Below are positions 23,002 to 34,793 of a stretch of 64,000 bases of DNA, piece after piece. Both the position numbers and the translations under genes were made by a program. Every line of letters begins with the position of its first letter. The stretch's first letter is position 1. The notes below the pieces were generated by a model that saw only the letters and a program-made list of their open reading frames with translations, was not told where the DNA came from and made no database searches. Source of the stretch: Laetmonice hystrix (lineage: Eukaryota); NCBI GenBank assembly GCA_965235115.1, contig OZ249439.1:17670001-17734000 (forward strand), read 5' to 3'.

Positions 23002-26000
23002 GTGAGTTGTGTGATGTGAGGAAGCGGTGCTGAGGGCGACTACCGCGGTCAGAGGTTGTTCTATACATGTGGCGGGTCGGAGGTTTTTTCTACACCTCGA
23101 TATTGACTGTTTGTTGGTCTGGGATGACCCAAAATGTCACAGTCACAGCTGGTTACCATTGACGCCCATGGTGGGTTTTCGGGCGGGAACGTTGTGACGA
23201 CTGTAGATCACTGAGCGAGCAGACATTCTGAGGTACCAGTGTACATGGCACATGATCTATAATGTTAAGGTATTGTAAGAATTTTAGTGAATCGAGATAG
23301 CGCTACGTGACAAGTTTTTCCATTGTATTGTTGGTAAAATTGGGAAATATGTTGCAAGTAATTCTTTCTATTTTTTCAGGTATGTATTTTGGTGATTCGA
23401 CTCTGATCTGGTAACTGGCTACTAAGGTAGGACAACGGCTTGACGGTCAGTTAGTTTATTAATCTAGCATTTCCTAATTTCACGATTTCTGAAGTCTTTG
23501 TCAAGGTTATTGACGTGTGACATATTTGTCATACCGTATTTTAAGTCCTGACCCAGTCGATACTAGATATGACCGTAATTAGTAGGAATGCCATATGTCA
23601 CCACAAGGAGAGGGAACCGTAGTAAGCAGGGAGCTTTGGGTGAGTTTTCTCATTCAACTGCTGGGTCATATGACATTAATATTTCAATAGAGGCAGGGAG
23701 ATCTATAAGTAAAGAATTCAGCTGCCTTGAGTCCACGGATTATAAACAGGACGAGGGCGTTACTTCTTTGGCTTCGATGATCATGTCATCTTTCCTCTCG
23801 CAAGTTAGCTCCAAACGTTGTGGTGTAATTCTAATGTATATCCATATCAATAATTGTCAGCAGATCACCAAAGGTAGAGACAAAATCGAAATGACAAGAC
23901 AAGTACAGACCTACTGACTTTTCTTCTGACTGAGAGGGTAGACTGAGACTGATGTTTTTGTGTACCCGGGTCAGTGATAATACCGGCCGAATCGTCCTAG
24001 AATGTAGGTGAGGGAAGATCCATGGAGCGGCCAGATTGGAGCGATGAACCTCAGGGTAGGGGTTTGGTCTGGGAGGGTGTACAACCCTGTGGAGTTGGGC
24101 ACATGTGTGGGTGTGGAGTGAATCCGAGGTGAACCAGGTACAACATCCAAACTGCCAATATCACTCGTCATAAGTCACCCGCACAGGTATTTCTAGGGTT
24201 TATAATGAAACATTGGACGGATTTTCATCAGAAAGAATTGCACTTGGAAATTGATTTTTCCCCGGAGTCCCGCAGTCTATCGATGTGTAGAACTTCTCCA
24301 CGGGGCGTTGTACTAACATATAGGACTGATCCTACGTACGACCAGTCTATGCCCCCCTCAACCAGAGCGTCGGCCGAGTCGGTGCGATGTTCTTGATGTG
24401 CTTCCACGTTAAGGCCATTTGTTTGCCATCAGTGTTGAAGGCATCAAATAGGAAAGGAAAGCATCTTATCTATAAACGTACATATAAAACATGTTTGTCA
24501 TGTGTAGCCGTCCTAGGTAATCACCTCTGTAATCTGGCCCTGGATGCCTGTACCAGGCTGGCATGCAGAGAGAATATTGAACCATATTAACTGTAGCAAC
24601 CTCTCGCTCGTAGCTCATGTATCGGTGCTCAGGTAGTCCGTGTCGTACATGTCCTCCTCAGGTGAGCCTGTAATTATGGGAGGCTGACCCCAGGGGTCAC
24701 CAGGTGCATTGTGTCGGCGCCTCACCTGAATGGTGTATGGCGGCTCAGGTACATTGACGAGGAGCACTCGAGTGTGTGCCTTTAACAAACAAACACCGAG
24801 AGGGGTCAGTTGGTTGTGGTTCAGCAGGAAACACCCCGTCTTTTCATGTGTTAAGTTAACACTGATGAGTCCACGTCAACTTGACACTTAACCACTTTTA
24901 ATTTCTTTGATACCATTAGATATGTGTATGTAGAGAATTGTGGCGATCGTTGCGGATAATTAAAGGCCACTTATTATTGGCATTTCTTGAACGTGCGCGA
25001 ATGGCGAGAGAATCATATTAAGTGATATCTAGAATCTAGTACATGAACAGGTAATTTAAACTATTTAAGGACCGAGGAGGAACATTTTCTCGTGAAGTGT
25101 ATTTTTCTGTAACTGTTCTGACATTACAACGGATTTCCACCCGAAGGTGGGAGACGTGGACGTTTGACATCTTTACCCAGCTGTCTTTACCATTTCCAGG
25201 TGTGCCAATAAGGGACCGACAAATTAGCCAAATTAAACCTTTGCACATATATTTGTCATGAGCCAAATTTGGACAGTTTGCCATGTGAGTGCTAACCAGC
25301 TTGGTACAAAGCTTGATACTTACCATGCCAATCAGTGGGGATTCAATAACGAATCAGCGCCAAGCTCGCTTCACCAAAAGGATAATATTGATACGTTAGA
25401 TCGTGTTTGTTGAGTAGAGGGTGGAACTTAAAATAAGACAGTCGCGGGCCTTTTGTTTCACGGCTGGTCTCCCATAATGTTCACCCACCACACCACACCC
25501 ACCCACCCACCCACCTGCTCAGGCTTAGGTGTGGAATTTCCATGTCATGAAAGGTGGGTTGGTAAGTAGGGTAGGCGTGTAATATTCATTGGCTGCATAA
25601 GTTTCTTATGTACTAGAAGTATCTGAAGGTGAACATGATGAGAGGTAGTCATGCCTGGATGAGAGGTAGCAGCAGCAGCAGTTGGGGTGGGTTGTTGAAT
25701 ATTGTGATGTCAGCGAATGTCAGGTGTGAGAGTAGACATCATACCTTGGCACGGCCACGGTTCACGACGACAAACTGTGGCAGACCTACCCACACCCGCC
25801 CAGCCACGGCCACCGATCACTGTCATAACAACTCACCTGTCTGGCACCTACAACAACACCCTCCGCCATCTACACACCCTGTCCCCATGTAAGCTATGGT
25901 TTATCAATGTACCGGTTCTGGGAGCCTTTTCAAGTTGGAGGCTTACCAAGGTATCTGTATCCATTACAGTTTATTGTAATGAAACAGTCGCTCACACAAT

Positions 26001-26076
26001 CCAGCAACGGACTGGGTGAAGTACTCTTCATTCTCTTTTTGTGATGATAAAGTACAAGAAATATACATGATAGGTG

Positions 26077-26159
26077 CAGGGATGCTGTGTTCACCGCGGT
26101 ATCAGGGATGCTGTGTTCACCGCGGTATCAGGGATGCTGTGTTCACCGCGGTATCAGGG
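26077..26159. repeat. 26-bp tandem repeat, about 3 copies
   Basis: Unit CAGGGATGCTGTGTTCACCGCGGTAT at 26077, 26103 and 26129. Confidence 0.95.
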
Positions 26160-26312
26160 GGATTCTATGTGGAGTACGGAATTGTTCTTTATGTAGCGTG
26201 AATTATCATATGACCTGGAGGAAAGAAGATCCTGCAGAACAGAGCGGCCAAGGGAATCCGACTTGTGGAGCACACCTTAGACACTGAGTGACATTGGCTT
26301 CCAGTTCTGTCT

Positions 26313-26544
26313 CCCCGCACACGTATCACATATTGAGGGAGATCTTGTGGAGCTCTGTGGGCAGAGAGCACCCCGCACACGTATCACATATTGAGGGGGA
26401 TCTTGTGGATCTCTGTGGACAGAGAGCACCCCGCAGACGTATCACATATTGAGGGAGATCTTGTGGATCTCTGTGGGCAGAGAGCACCCCGCACACGTAT
26501 CACATATTGAGGGAGATCTTGTGGATCTCTGTGGGCAGAGAGCG
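26313..26544. repeat. 58-bp tandem repeat, 4 copies
   Basis: CCCCGCA(C/G)ACGTATCACATATTGAGG... at 26313, 26371, 26429 and 26487. Confidence 0.95.
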
Positions 26545-26560
26545 TGCGTGACCGACCCTC

Positions 26561-26630
26561 TGGCCTGGACCTGGGCCTGGCCGTGGTCTGTGGTGGCCTG
26601 GACCTGGGCCTGGCCGTGGTCTGTGGTGGC
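26561..26630. repeat. 33-bp tandem duplication
   Basis: TGGCCTGGACCTGGGCCTGGCCGTGGTCTGTGG at 26561 and 26594. Confidence 0.92.
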
Positions 26631-29358
26631 ACTGGCTGAACAAACACTGACGTTTGGTCCTTATAATCCCCACTGACACCGAGGTAGCTAGATCTACCTG
26701 GGGCCTGGGTGTGCTGACTTGGCGGATACAGTCTCCCCTCCCGCCATTATCTGCCACACTCCGAATGGAAACTCACCTTGTCAGGCGTTAGCTGCCGAGA
26801 CGGACCGTTTAAAACAAATGTAAGTAGAAACATACATCATTCCCAGGTGCATATTGCTGGTACATGTAAACCCAACCCAACGTACGATCAAAAATAATCT
26901 TTCTGACCAGAATTTTAGATAATTATTCTAATTGTCTCAAATTGAGTGGTTTTCAGTAATTGGCGTGTAGACTTATGCAGAGCTGTGAAATTTATTCCTG
27001 AAAGTTTATGTTTGAAAGGGTATGATTAAAACAGATGGTGAACGACTGACTGACAGTAGGTCAGTGACTGCCAGTCCCGAGCCAAGGTATGCAGGCAAAA
27101 CGTGTGTTCACCTGAGACCAAGGAATGACGGTTATTAGAGTTAATCCCACACCCACGACTATCCCTCGAACAGGTGCTTATCTTTCTCTGCACACCTGGG
27201 AAGTGTTGACAGGATGGAGGAGGGTCCTGATGAAGTGTTTGCTCCAGGGGTTTGTGTGGAATACAAGTATATTGAGAATTAGACGGACTTCCTGCTTGTT
27301 TAATGGCTTACATTTGAAGCTGACTAAGAATATGGATCCATGAGACAACAGTGGTGAGAGCGAACGGCACAAATATAATTATAATAGCTGATAGAATTTA
27401 AACCTGGATTTGAGAATGGGGTTCGGATTGTGAACTTTCAGTTAACTCGTTCGGTCTGAATACGATAAGAGCGGGGAATCGTGCGTTTACTTGCTGGTTA
27501 GTACAGAGTTTTCAGTGGCGCCTAATTATTGATGACACCTACCACCAGGTTGGGGTCAGTTTGGAGAGGAGATGTAATTCTGGGATTCAGGGTTAGGTCT
27601 GTGCGAGGCTGGGGGTATAAAGTCGGACCCAATGATTGGGCGGGCCGCTATGGGATATACATGTACTCTCATACTCTGACATATGGAGTAACTGAAGTAG
27701 GCCGGAGACAGATGGCCGGCTGTGTGACCGATTATCATCTCCAGGATTGTATTATCCTAGGCATCATGGCGGAGTATACAAACCGCTCGCCGGGCTCCTA
27801 CACTACGGGTGCAAGTCATTGCTACCCCCGGGCTTGCCTAGGAGAAGAATCACCTTATTGTAGAACTCTCGCCAACCCAAGGTGTTGTGAGATCAAAGTT
27901 CATGAGAACCTTGTCTGATCCCCATGGATGAACCCTACTAAAAGACAAAGGACACAGGAGGAGAAGGGGCCACTCCAGTACCAGTAACCTCCTTGTCTTC
28001 TCATCATCTCCAGCAACAGTATAGACCGGGGCAGTGCAAACCGGGCCCCCCTCATACTCTTGTATACATTACACAGTGGCACTGGAGGGTCTCTATGGAC
28101 TGGAGGACAAGGGAATGCTTTCCACCCTGAGAGCATTAGGGCAGTGAAGGATCAGAAACTGCTGACAGGATCTGGAGACCAAACACATGTTAGAGACGAC
28201 TGGAGGAGCGGCTGGCTGGCTGGTGGCCGTCAGTAGGCAGAATTAGGATGATTTCACTGTGATCGGCAAGACCTTCAACTTCTCTCATCTCTCGCCTTGA
28301 TGACAACCGGACGAGCCGACGAGCATGGCAAGGATCCAGGTGTTTGGACTCCAGGCACGTGGGACCTGTATGACTTAGCTATTCTACCTTCTTGTGTAAA
28401 ACGGCTACCTACGATGATTGCAGAAGTTTACCCAGAATATTGTGGGTTCTCGGGTTCCGGCTTGCATTTACAGTGTGAAGCGATAAAGAAGAGCGGGTCA
28501 TCTTAAACGATGGGTTAGTCCTTACAAAGGTTACAGCGGTCTACCTCATTAATATTCCAACATCGTTGACCCCTGTTCAATATTGACGTCCGGGTGTGTA
28601 CGCCAAGTATTATATACACTGGGTCCATTTCCTACGCGTGAATTCGCTTCTATGGTTGTGGTCAGCTTTGTATAATGATTACAGTTTCCTGAAGAAGATT
28701 TTTCATGGCGGAGCTAGCCGCTACTCGCCTGAAGGTCTCGGCTTCCAGCTAACCTCTGACCGCCACTTGCTGGGACATATTTTGGTCGAGCACGTGCAGT
28801 TCGAAGTAACAGCCTGCCAACACAATGTTCACCTACCGATGACACGTAGAAAAACTATGGTGTCACAACACTGTAACGAATAGCGCCTACCCCCGCGGCC
28901 ACCAAACTCTCAGTGATGCAACACTGCAGTCGTATAACAAACACGGCAGTCGGACGGCGCTAAACTCAACAAGACAGTGCTTTCACAACATGGACGTGTC
29001 CCTTGTAAGTGGTAAACGCACATGGTGATAAGACGGCCTGCAGTGTGGGCTTCAGAAGACAGGAAGTTTCCAGCCACCTCTGCTCCTCCCCGGTCCACAG
29101 CTGGCTGCTACAGACAGTGGCCTGAACCCTAAAAGGCCGCTCTCAAAGGGGGCCCAGCTCGATATCTGCTCCCTACACGGTATGGGGCAGGCCAGCCAGG
29201 CCAGGACGGGACACACCCAGGTCATATGGTCTCAGTGAGGATTTCCTAAGGCACCACCTCAGTCCAGACTTACAGATCGAAATAGGAGGTGGTAATATGG
29301 ACAGCCAGACGTGCCGAGTGGTAGAGACGTGATGTTAGTGATTGTGTGAGCAGCGATT

Positions 29359-29488
29359 ATGGCCTCAGCATGCACACCACCATCGACATCAGCTACACCG
29401 TTAAGTCGGGTGGTCACCTCACCGAGAGATGAATGCCCCTGTGCTGACATATTCGCCATTTTGTCCATCTGGGACCAGTGCTGGTCAG
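29359..29488 (+). CDS. Candidate alternative first coding exon (MASACTPPSTSATPLSRVVTSPRDECPCADIFAILSIWDQCWS + G)
   Basis: attATGG Kozak after an in-frame TGA at 29347, 43 open codons, CAG|GTAAGC phase-1 donor. Confidence 0.5.
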
Positions 29489-31485
29489 GTAAGCTGGAAT
29501 GTAAAAACCCATAAAAAAAACTACTGTCAGTTTTTCCCATGGGTAATGCACAAGGCACACATAACTGACAGAGTGCACATAGCTCGCAGTATGCCAAGTC
29601 GGAAGGTCAGGATTATAGAAAACGCTATGTGTATCAGCTCTGTATCAAAGGTTTGTGAAGTTATTTAAGAGTATAATTTTCATATCATGCCATTAATGAA
29701 ATGATGGAAGGGAACCGCTGGGTAATGTGACTGGAAACTGGAGGGGCCAGCATACTTTCAAGATGGATATAAATTTTAATAAATATCTTCAGACTTCATA
29801 GGAAAACTTGTTGGGGCAGGTCAGACCTCCAGCATCTGTTGTGCAGGTTTTTCATGGAGCGCCGTGATAGCTTGTAGTGGTCCAATCTCATGTGCTGCTG
29901 GCACTGTACTACTGCCCCTGGCCTATAATAGGGGGCCCTGATAACCCGACCAACGGGAGAGATCGTTTGGGAAACTCCCAGCTATCAACAGTTATCAGCA
30001 TGTCCAGATTAGATGGTATTTCTCTGGAAAATACTGGGCATCTAGGCAGGGTTAGCAGACAGGGGTGTGATGTAGGGGCGGAGTTGATGGAAACAATGTA
30101 ATAGGAAGTGGGCTTTGGAGCCCAAACGTTCCGGCAAACCTCTACTCGTACAGTGGCGGGCAGATTGTGGGAGTTTGTAGGTGGGGATCGGCTGTAACAT
30201 ACACGTAGGGTACCACACTTAGCTCTGCAATTCTGAAAGGTCTGAATATTCTCGGACTGACTGAGAGTAAAGGAGATGACATTTAATCCGGATTATCCCG
30301 ATACCAAATCTCAGATTTTTTTAGTGATGATAATTGGATGATGCATATTTACATATCGATTCAGGTGCATTCGCTAAGGGGGCATATATATGGGGCATAT
30401 ATACTGGGACAGGTGAGATAAGCAGTAGGAGAGGTATGTATCGCTATGTATGTGTATTGGGATGAGATTAGGCAGACAACCCAACATATTCCCATTGACA
30501 TTCCCAGCAACTGTTGGGCTATTCTAGTCGAAGTAAGCAATACCAAGTAATAACAGTAGCCAGAGCCACAAGGTGGAACATATAGTGCGTCTTATGAGGG
30601 TCTGGTTTGCCTTTCATTAAATAGACACTCGTACTGATATTTTCCTGGTATGTATTGGTGTAACAGTTAGATCTGGGAGAAACCCAGATCGTCTTGAGAT
30701 GGGATATGATACGGTCGGGTTGGGGGTGGGGGCTGTTCCAGGCCAAACATCTTATCTGGCACATATATAAACATACATTCCGACTGCACACTTACCCTAT
30801 TGTTCCAGTTTGTCATCAAAACCCAGGCCGCGGGGTGGTGGCCGTAGTGAGTGTAACCCAGGGTCGGTAGGCCAGGCCTCAGCCCCCCCCTCCCCCCGAC
30901 ACGCCTACCCCGCCCGCTCCAGTCGGATCTCGGGTTCTGCTCAAGGTCATCAGATGTCATTGGCCCCTAGCAACTGTCCGACGCTTGGAGACGGACCAGA
31001 ACAAGATGTCAGAAATACCTCTCAGTCTTCATCATCATTGCACTGGGTTCGGATAGGTTAGCTGTCCCGAACTGAGAGAATCTTTCTGAATGCTCCATAT
31101 ATTCATTTCTGTTACAATATGGTATTATTGAATATAGGATCTCTAATTGTCATACATAAAGAAAAACAGGAGATTTGTTCTCTCTTCATCCAATACGTAC
31201 CGCAGCTTAGTGCAGAAACTGGGTGTTAGGAAAGTTGATTTGACGCAAATGTTTTGAGTGTGGTACGTTATAGAGCAATGCAAGGTCTCAACAAGTGATT
31301 GCATCGAGCTTTTCTGTTCAAATTCCTGCAGCTTTTTTCTTCGACAAATAGGCCAAGTGTGTATAGTTTGGCGACTGTGAGGATTATGGTCAGTTTGTAG
31401 AAGTGAAGCTGGAACTAGGTTTGGTCAAAGTTTGTAGAACTGGGAGCTTTGCCAACAAACAGATCTGTGTTTTGCCTTCAGCAAT

Positions 31486-31673
31486 ATGCACGGAGTAAGT
31501 GTCGATTTTTAATTCTTTGATGTTAGTCGTTCCCCCCCCCCCCCTTCTTCCTTCTCCTCTTGTTTCAGTCCCGAGGCTTGTGTTGTTTGAGTAACGGTTT
31601 TAGATCGGTCCGTGATGCCAGGCGGTTGCGTTGCGTGAATACGGAAGTGTATAGTGTCCAGCTAAATGTCGCA
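31486..31673 (+). CDS. Candidate two-exon start (31486-31494 + 31569-31673) split by a 74-nt intron; MHG-SRGLCCLSNGFRSVRDARRLRCVNTEVYSVQLNVA, phase-0 end
   Basis: GTAAGT at 31495, long C/T tract ending TTTCAG at 31568, second GTAAGT at 31674. The spliced frame is open. Confidence 0.4.
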
Positions 31674-32498
31674 GTAAGTACACGCAGGTTGGCCGGGGTT
31701 CCCTGGGTGAAGGTCGGCAGGGCTGGTCGTTTATTGTCATTCCATCTAGCTAGATTATCCCTTGCGTCAGGGGCTGACATCAATAATTCAGCTGGGTCGA
31801 GTCTGGGTATTAGGACTGGCGATGACCTGTAAATGGATTCGGCCTGTCACTGAGAAGATTGCACCAATGAGGAAGGAAGTTTGGGGACGTTATCTTTGTC
31901 CTAAATTGGGAGAATTGTGACGGATGGTGACAGGGATAACCATCTCCGGGAGTTTTTGCGGATTGTGTTGAACGCGATCTTGATGACTGTTTACACCAAA
32001 CACCTGATCCAGAACCTAAAGTCATTACTCCCCACTGAGCCGAATTGTTTCGCTCCCTCTACTGGACTTAGTATGCATCTGTTGGCAGCATTTGTGTACA
32101 CGTACGAAAGGCTATGTTGGCAAGCTAACGAATTCTTGACGTTTGTGTAAATGCAACCATTTCTTGTTTTTGTTTAATACGATTTGGAACGGTGCGCAGT
32201 TACTGCTGCGTAGTTTGAGATCTCTCCCCCCCCCCAAATCTCCCACTTAGGTTGACCCAGTCGGGTTGCTTGCCCTTTTGGATTGTACATGTACTCTACT
32301 TTACCAGGTTTATGGGCTTGACAAATAGTTTTAGGGCTCGGCGGACAAAATGGGTGGGCTTGGGTACTGTGGACGGAACCCTCAAGACATGAAATAGTTT
32401 ACAAAGCTTTTGCGGCAGGAAATGAATCAATGGCGTGGAAAATGATTGATGTATAGAACAATTAATGAGCGTTTATATGGGACAATAAGAAAACGAAT

Positions 32499-32514
32499 CC
32501 ACCGGATGGCAGCA
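32499..32514 (+). promoter_or_regulatory. CTCF-like motif
   Basis: CCACCGGATGGCAGCA, close to the CCASYAGRKGGCRS core. Motif match only. Confidence 0.4.
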
Positions 32515-33274
32515 CATCGGCCACAACAAGACAGAATATCGGAAAATAATTATTATTGACAATTATAAAACAGATAAAATGCTTTTGTAATCACAACACT
32601 GAAAGGAAAAGAAAAGGAAGTATTACTCATAAAGCATAATAAATGACGACTAACAGACAAAGTGCGTCGATGTTTACCAAAGGATGGCGGTCTGGGTGTT
32701 AAGTGTTTGGCTGTGTACAGACAGGCCCCAACCCCTGAGGGTCTACCGACTGGATCTGCAGTCAGTCAGGTGGTAGGTGAGCCCCACAGGTGATCGACCA
32801 GCCGCTATCCTGGACCTTGCTATCTACAGCAGTCTCTGATACAGAGAGCCAGGTGGGCCATATCTGGGTCTCCTTCCATCTGACCCCAACCCCAGCAGAT
32901 ATCAAGCTCAGGCAGTGGTCAGCTCCCAGCATTTTATACTCCGGGATCCGCAGAAGGATGCAGCAGGCTAGAGTGATAGTACTACTTGAATCACAACCGC
33001 TGGACGGTAGGTGGGGTCCGTCTTTGTCCTTTGTGTCACCAAGAATTACTGATGGCAATGCGTGGGGGCAGGTTTGCAAGGTTAACCAAAAACGGTGTAT
33101 GGAGGTGACCTGGTGGGTCAGGGTTTGCGGCCTCGATCTACCGTGTAGATATTGTGTGACTGGTGGTGACCCAGGTCAAGGCGGACCTCCTCAGGTAGAT
33201 GTGTTTGATGTGGCCGCCTCCTCCCACACTGCTACAGTTGAGAATTTCACACCCAACATTCAGGACTCCTTTAA

Positions 33275-33802
33275 AGGGGCATACTATGAAACACGTTTTT
33301 GAGGATTTCCGGCAATTATCCAACATGTCCGTGTACTAGGGATCCAAGTAAATAATCCTACCACAGCATTTTGTCCTCTGACGTGTTTTCGCTGCGTATG
33401 CAGCACAAGTAGGTTCTATACGACCACACCTATAGATTTCTCCCGATAGCACATCTCCCGCCATAATTTGGCGGACAACCTCCCATCAACCCGTGTAATT
33501 GCATACTGTGTCACATCCTGTGTGTGCACTCTCTGCATGTGCTTAGTCACGTTCTTCACTTAGTTGTAAACAATTCAGCAGTTGCACTCGATCATCCGAC
33601 ATCAGAATGCCACCCAAAAAATATTTTACGAAATCTGCAGAGAAGCGGGCTAGGGAGCTTCATAAACTTCGATTTCTCACGCAAAATAAAACTGATAAGT
33701 CTGTCTTTGTTTACCAAGCAATTTTAATGAAGGATCTCTTTATGAAAACCGCAAAAGTGCTATGAAATACCGATTTTTAACGTTTCCTCATAATATGCCC
33801 CT
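33275..33802. mobile_element. 528-bp non-autonomous DNA transposon (MITE), TTAA target, Kolobok/T2-like
   Basis: TTAA at 33271-33274 and 33803-33806 flank TIRs AGGGGCATACTATGA / TCATAATATGCCCCT (15 bp, 1 mismatch). TTAA duplication with AG...CT ends is typical of Kolobok. Confidence 0.8.
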
Positions 33803-34778
33803 TTAACAAAGTTTTAAGTGTGCACATGCCGAGAGTATAACCACTTTCAGGATCCCCTCTCTACATAATGCTGCATTGGAACACCCAGCATCCACATTGC
33901 TGAAGAAACAGGTGCGACAGAACTCCAGTGAACTTGGACAGCAATAGCGGGAGTTGTAAGTCCCCGAGACTTGCTGCATTCAGAAAAGATAAACGTGACA
34001 GAGAAAGCGCCACAAAAATGCCGAATCCCAAAATAATGCATGCAGATCACATCTAGACTTGTCATCTATGCAAATTGATAGATAGAGTAATAGGGCTTTG
34101 GGTTAGGACAAGATACCGGCTTCAGAAGAAAAGAATTACAAATTTACGGCCATGAAACGGTACGGGGTACAGGGACGGAGCTCAATGCGGCGCCTAACAA
34201 GGCTTGACAGACTGAGCTAACAGGTTTCAATCCCAAGTCTACCTGAAGATGACTACTCTCTCTGACGGTGTTCAAAACAGTGGGTGTCTTTATGTTCTGT
34301 AAGGACCGTGAACGTGTGTTTGTAGCCGATTGACAACTGGATACCTGACCGACTGCTGACCTCCCAAGGTCACGAACATTAGGCAGAAATTGCTACACCT
34401 CAAACCTTTGACCTAGTTCTTTGGTAAAGAATCTGGACGTTAGCCTCGAGCAATTGAGGTAGACTAGAGTATATTAATCGTGGAACCCTGTCCAGGCGTT
34501 GTGGAAACATTGTCTAAATTTATTTTTTGGCATGGGATGAAGTCACCACGCTTCATGTGGCCTCAAGGGGTCCCTCATTCACCCAATATGTATGCAAATG
34601 GCATCGTTCACTTCAAAAGCCTGTCTTCTCAGGACAAGACGCATGTAAATTACATTGTAAAGGTTAACACTACTGCAGCCATCCCCCATATCTAACACTT
34701 TCCTCCCACACTGTGGTAAACAGTTGTTCAGAGTCATACATTAGGCTACTTAGGCATGTCGTCGAATCCGGCCAAGTT

Positions 34779-34793
34779 AGCGCCATCTCGTGG
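34779..34793 (-). promoter_or_regulatory. CTCF-like motif
   Basis: Minus strand reads CCACGAGATGGCGCT. Motif match only. Confidence 0.5.

Noticed and set aside
24862-24900. CTGATGAG hammerhead-ribozyme-like core (also at 54311)
   Set aside because: No GAAA after a stem II, and no stems I or III, at either site.
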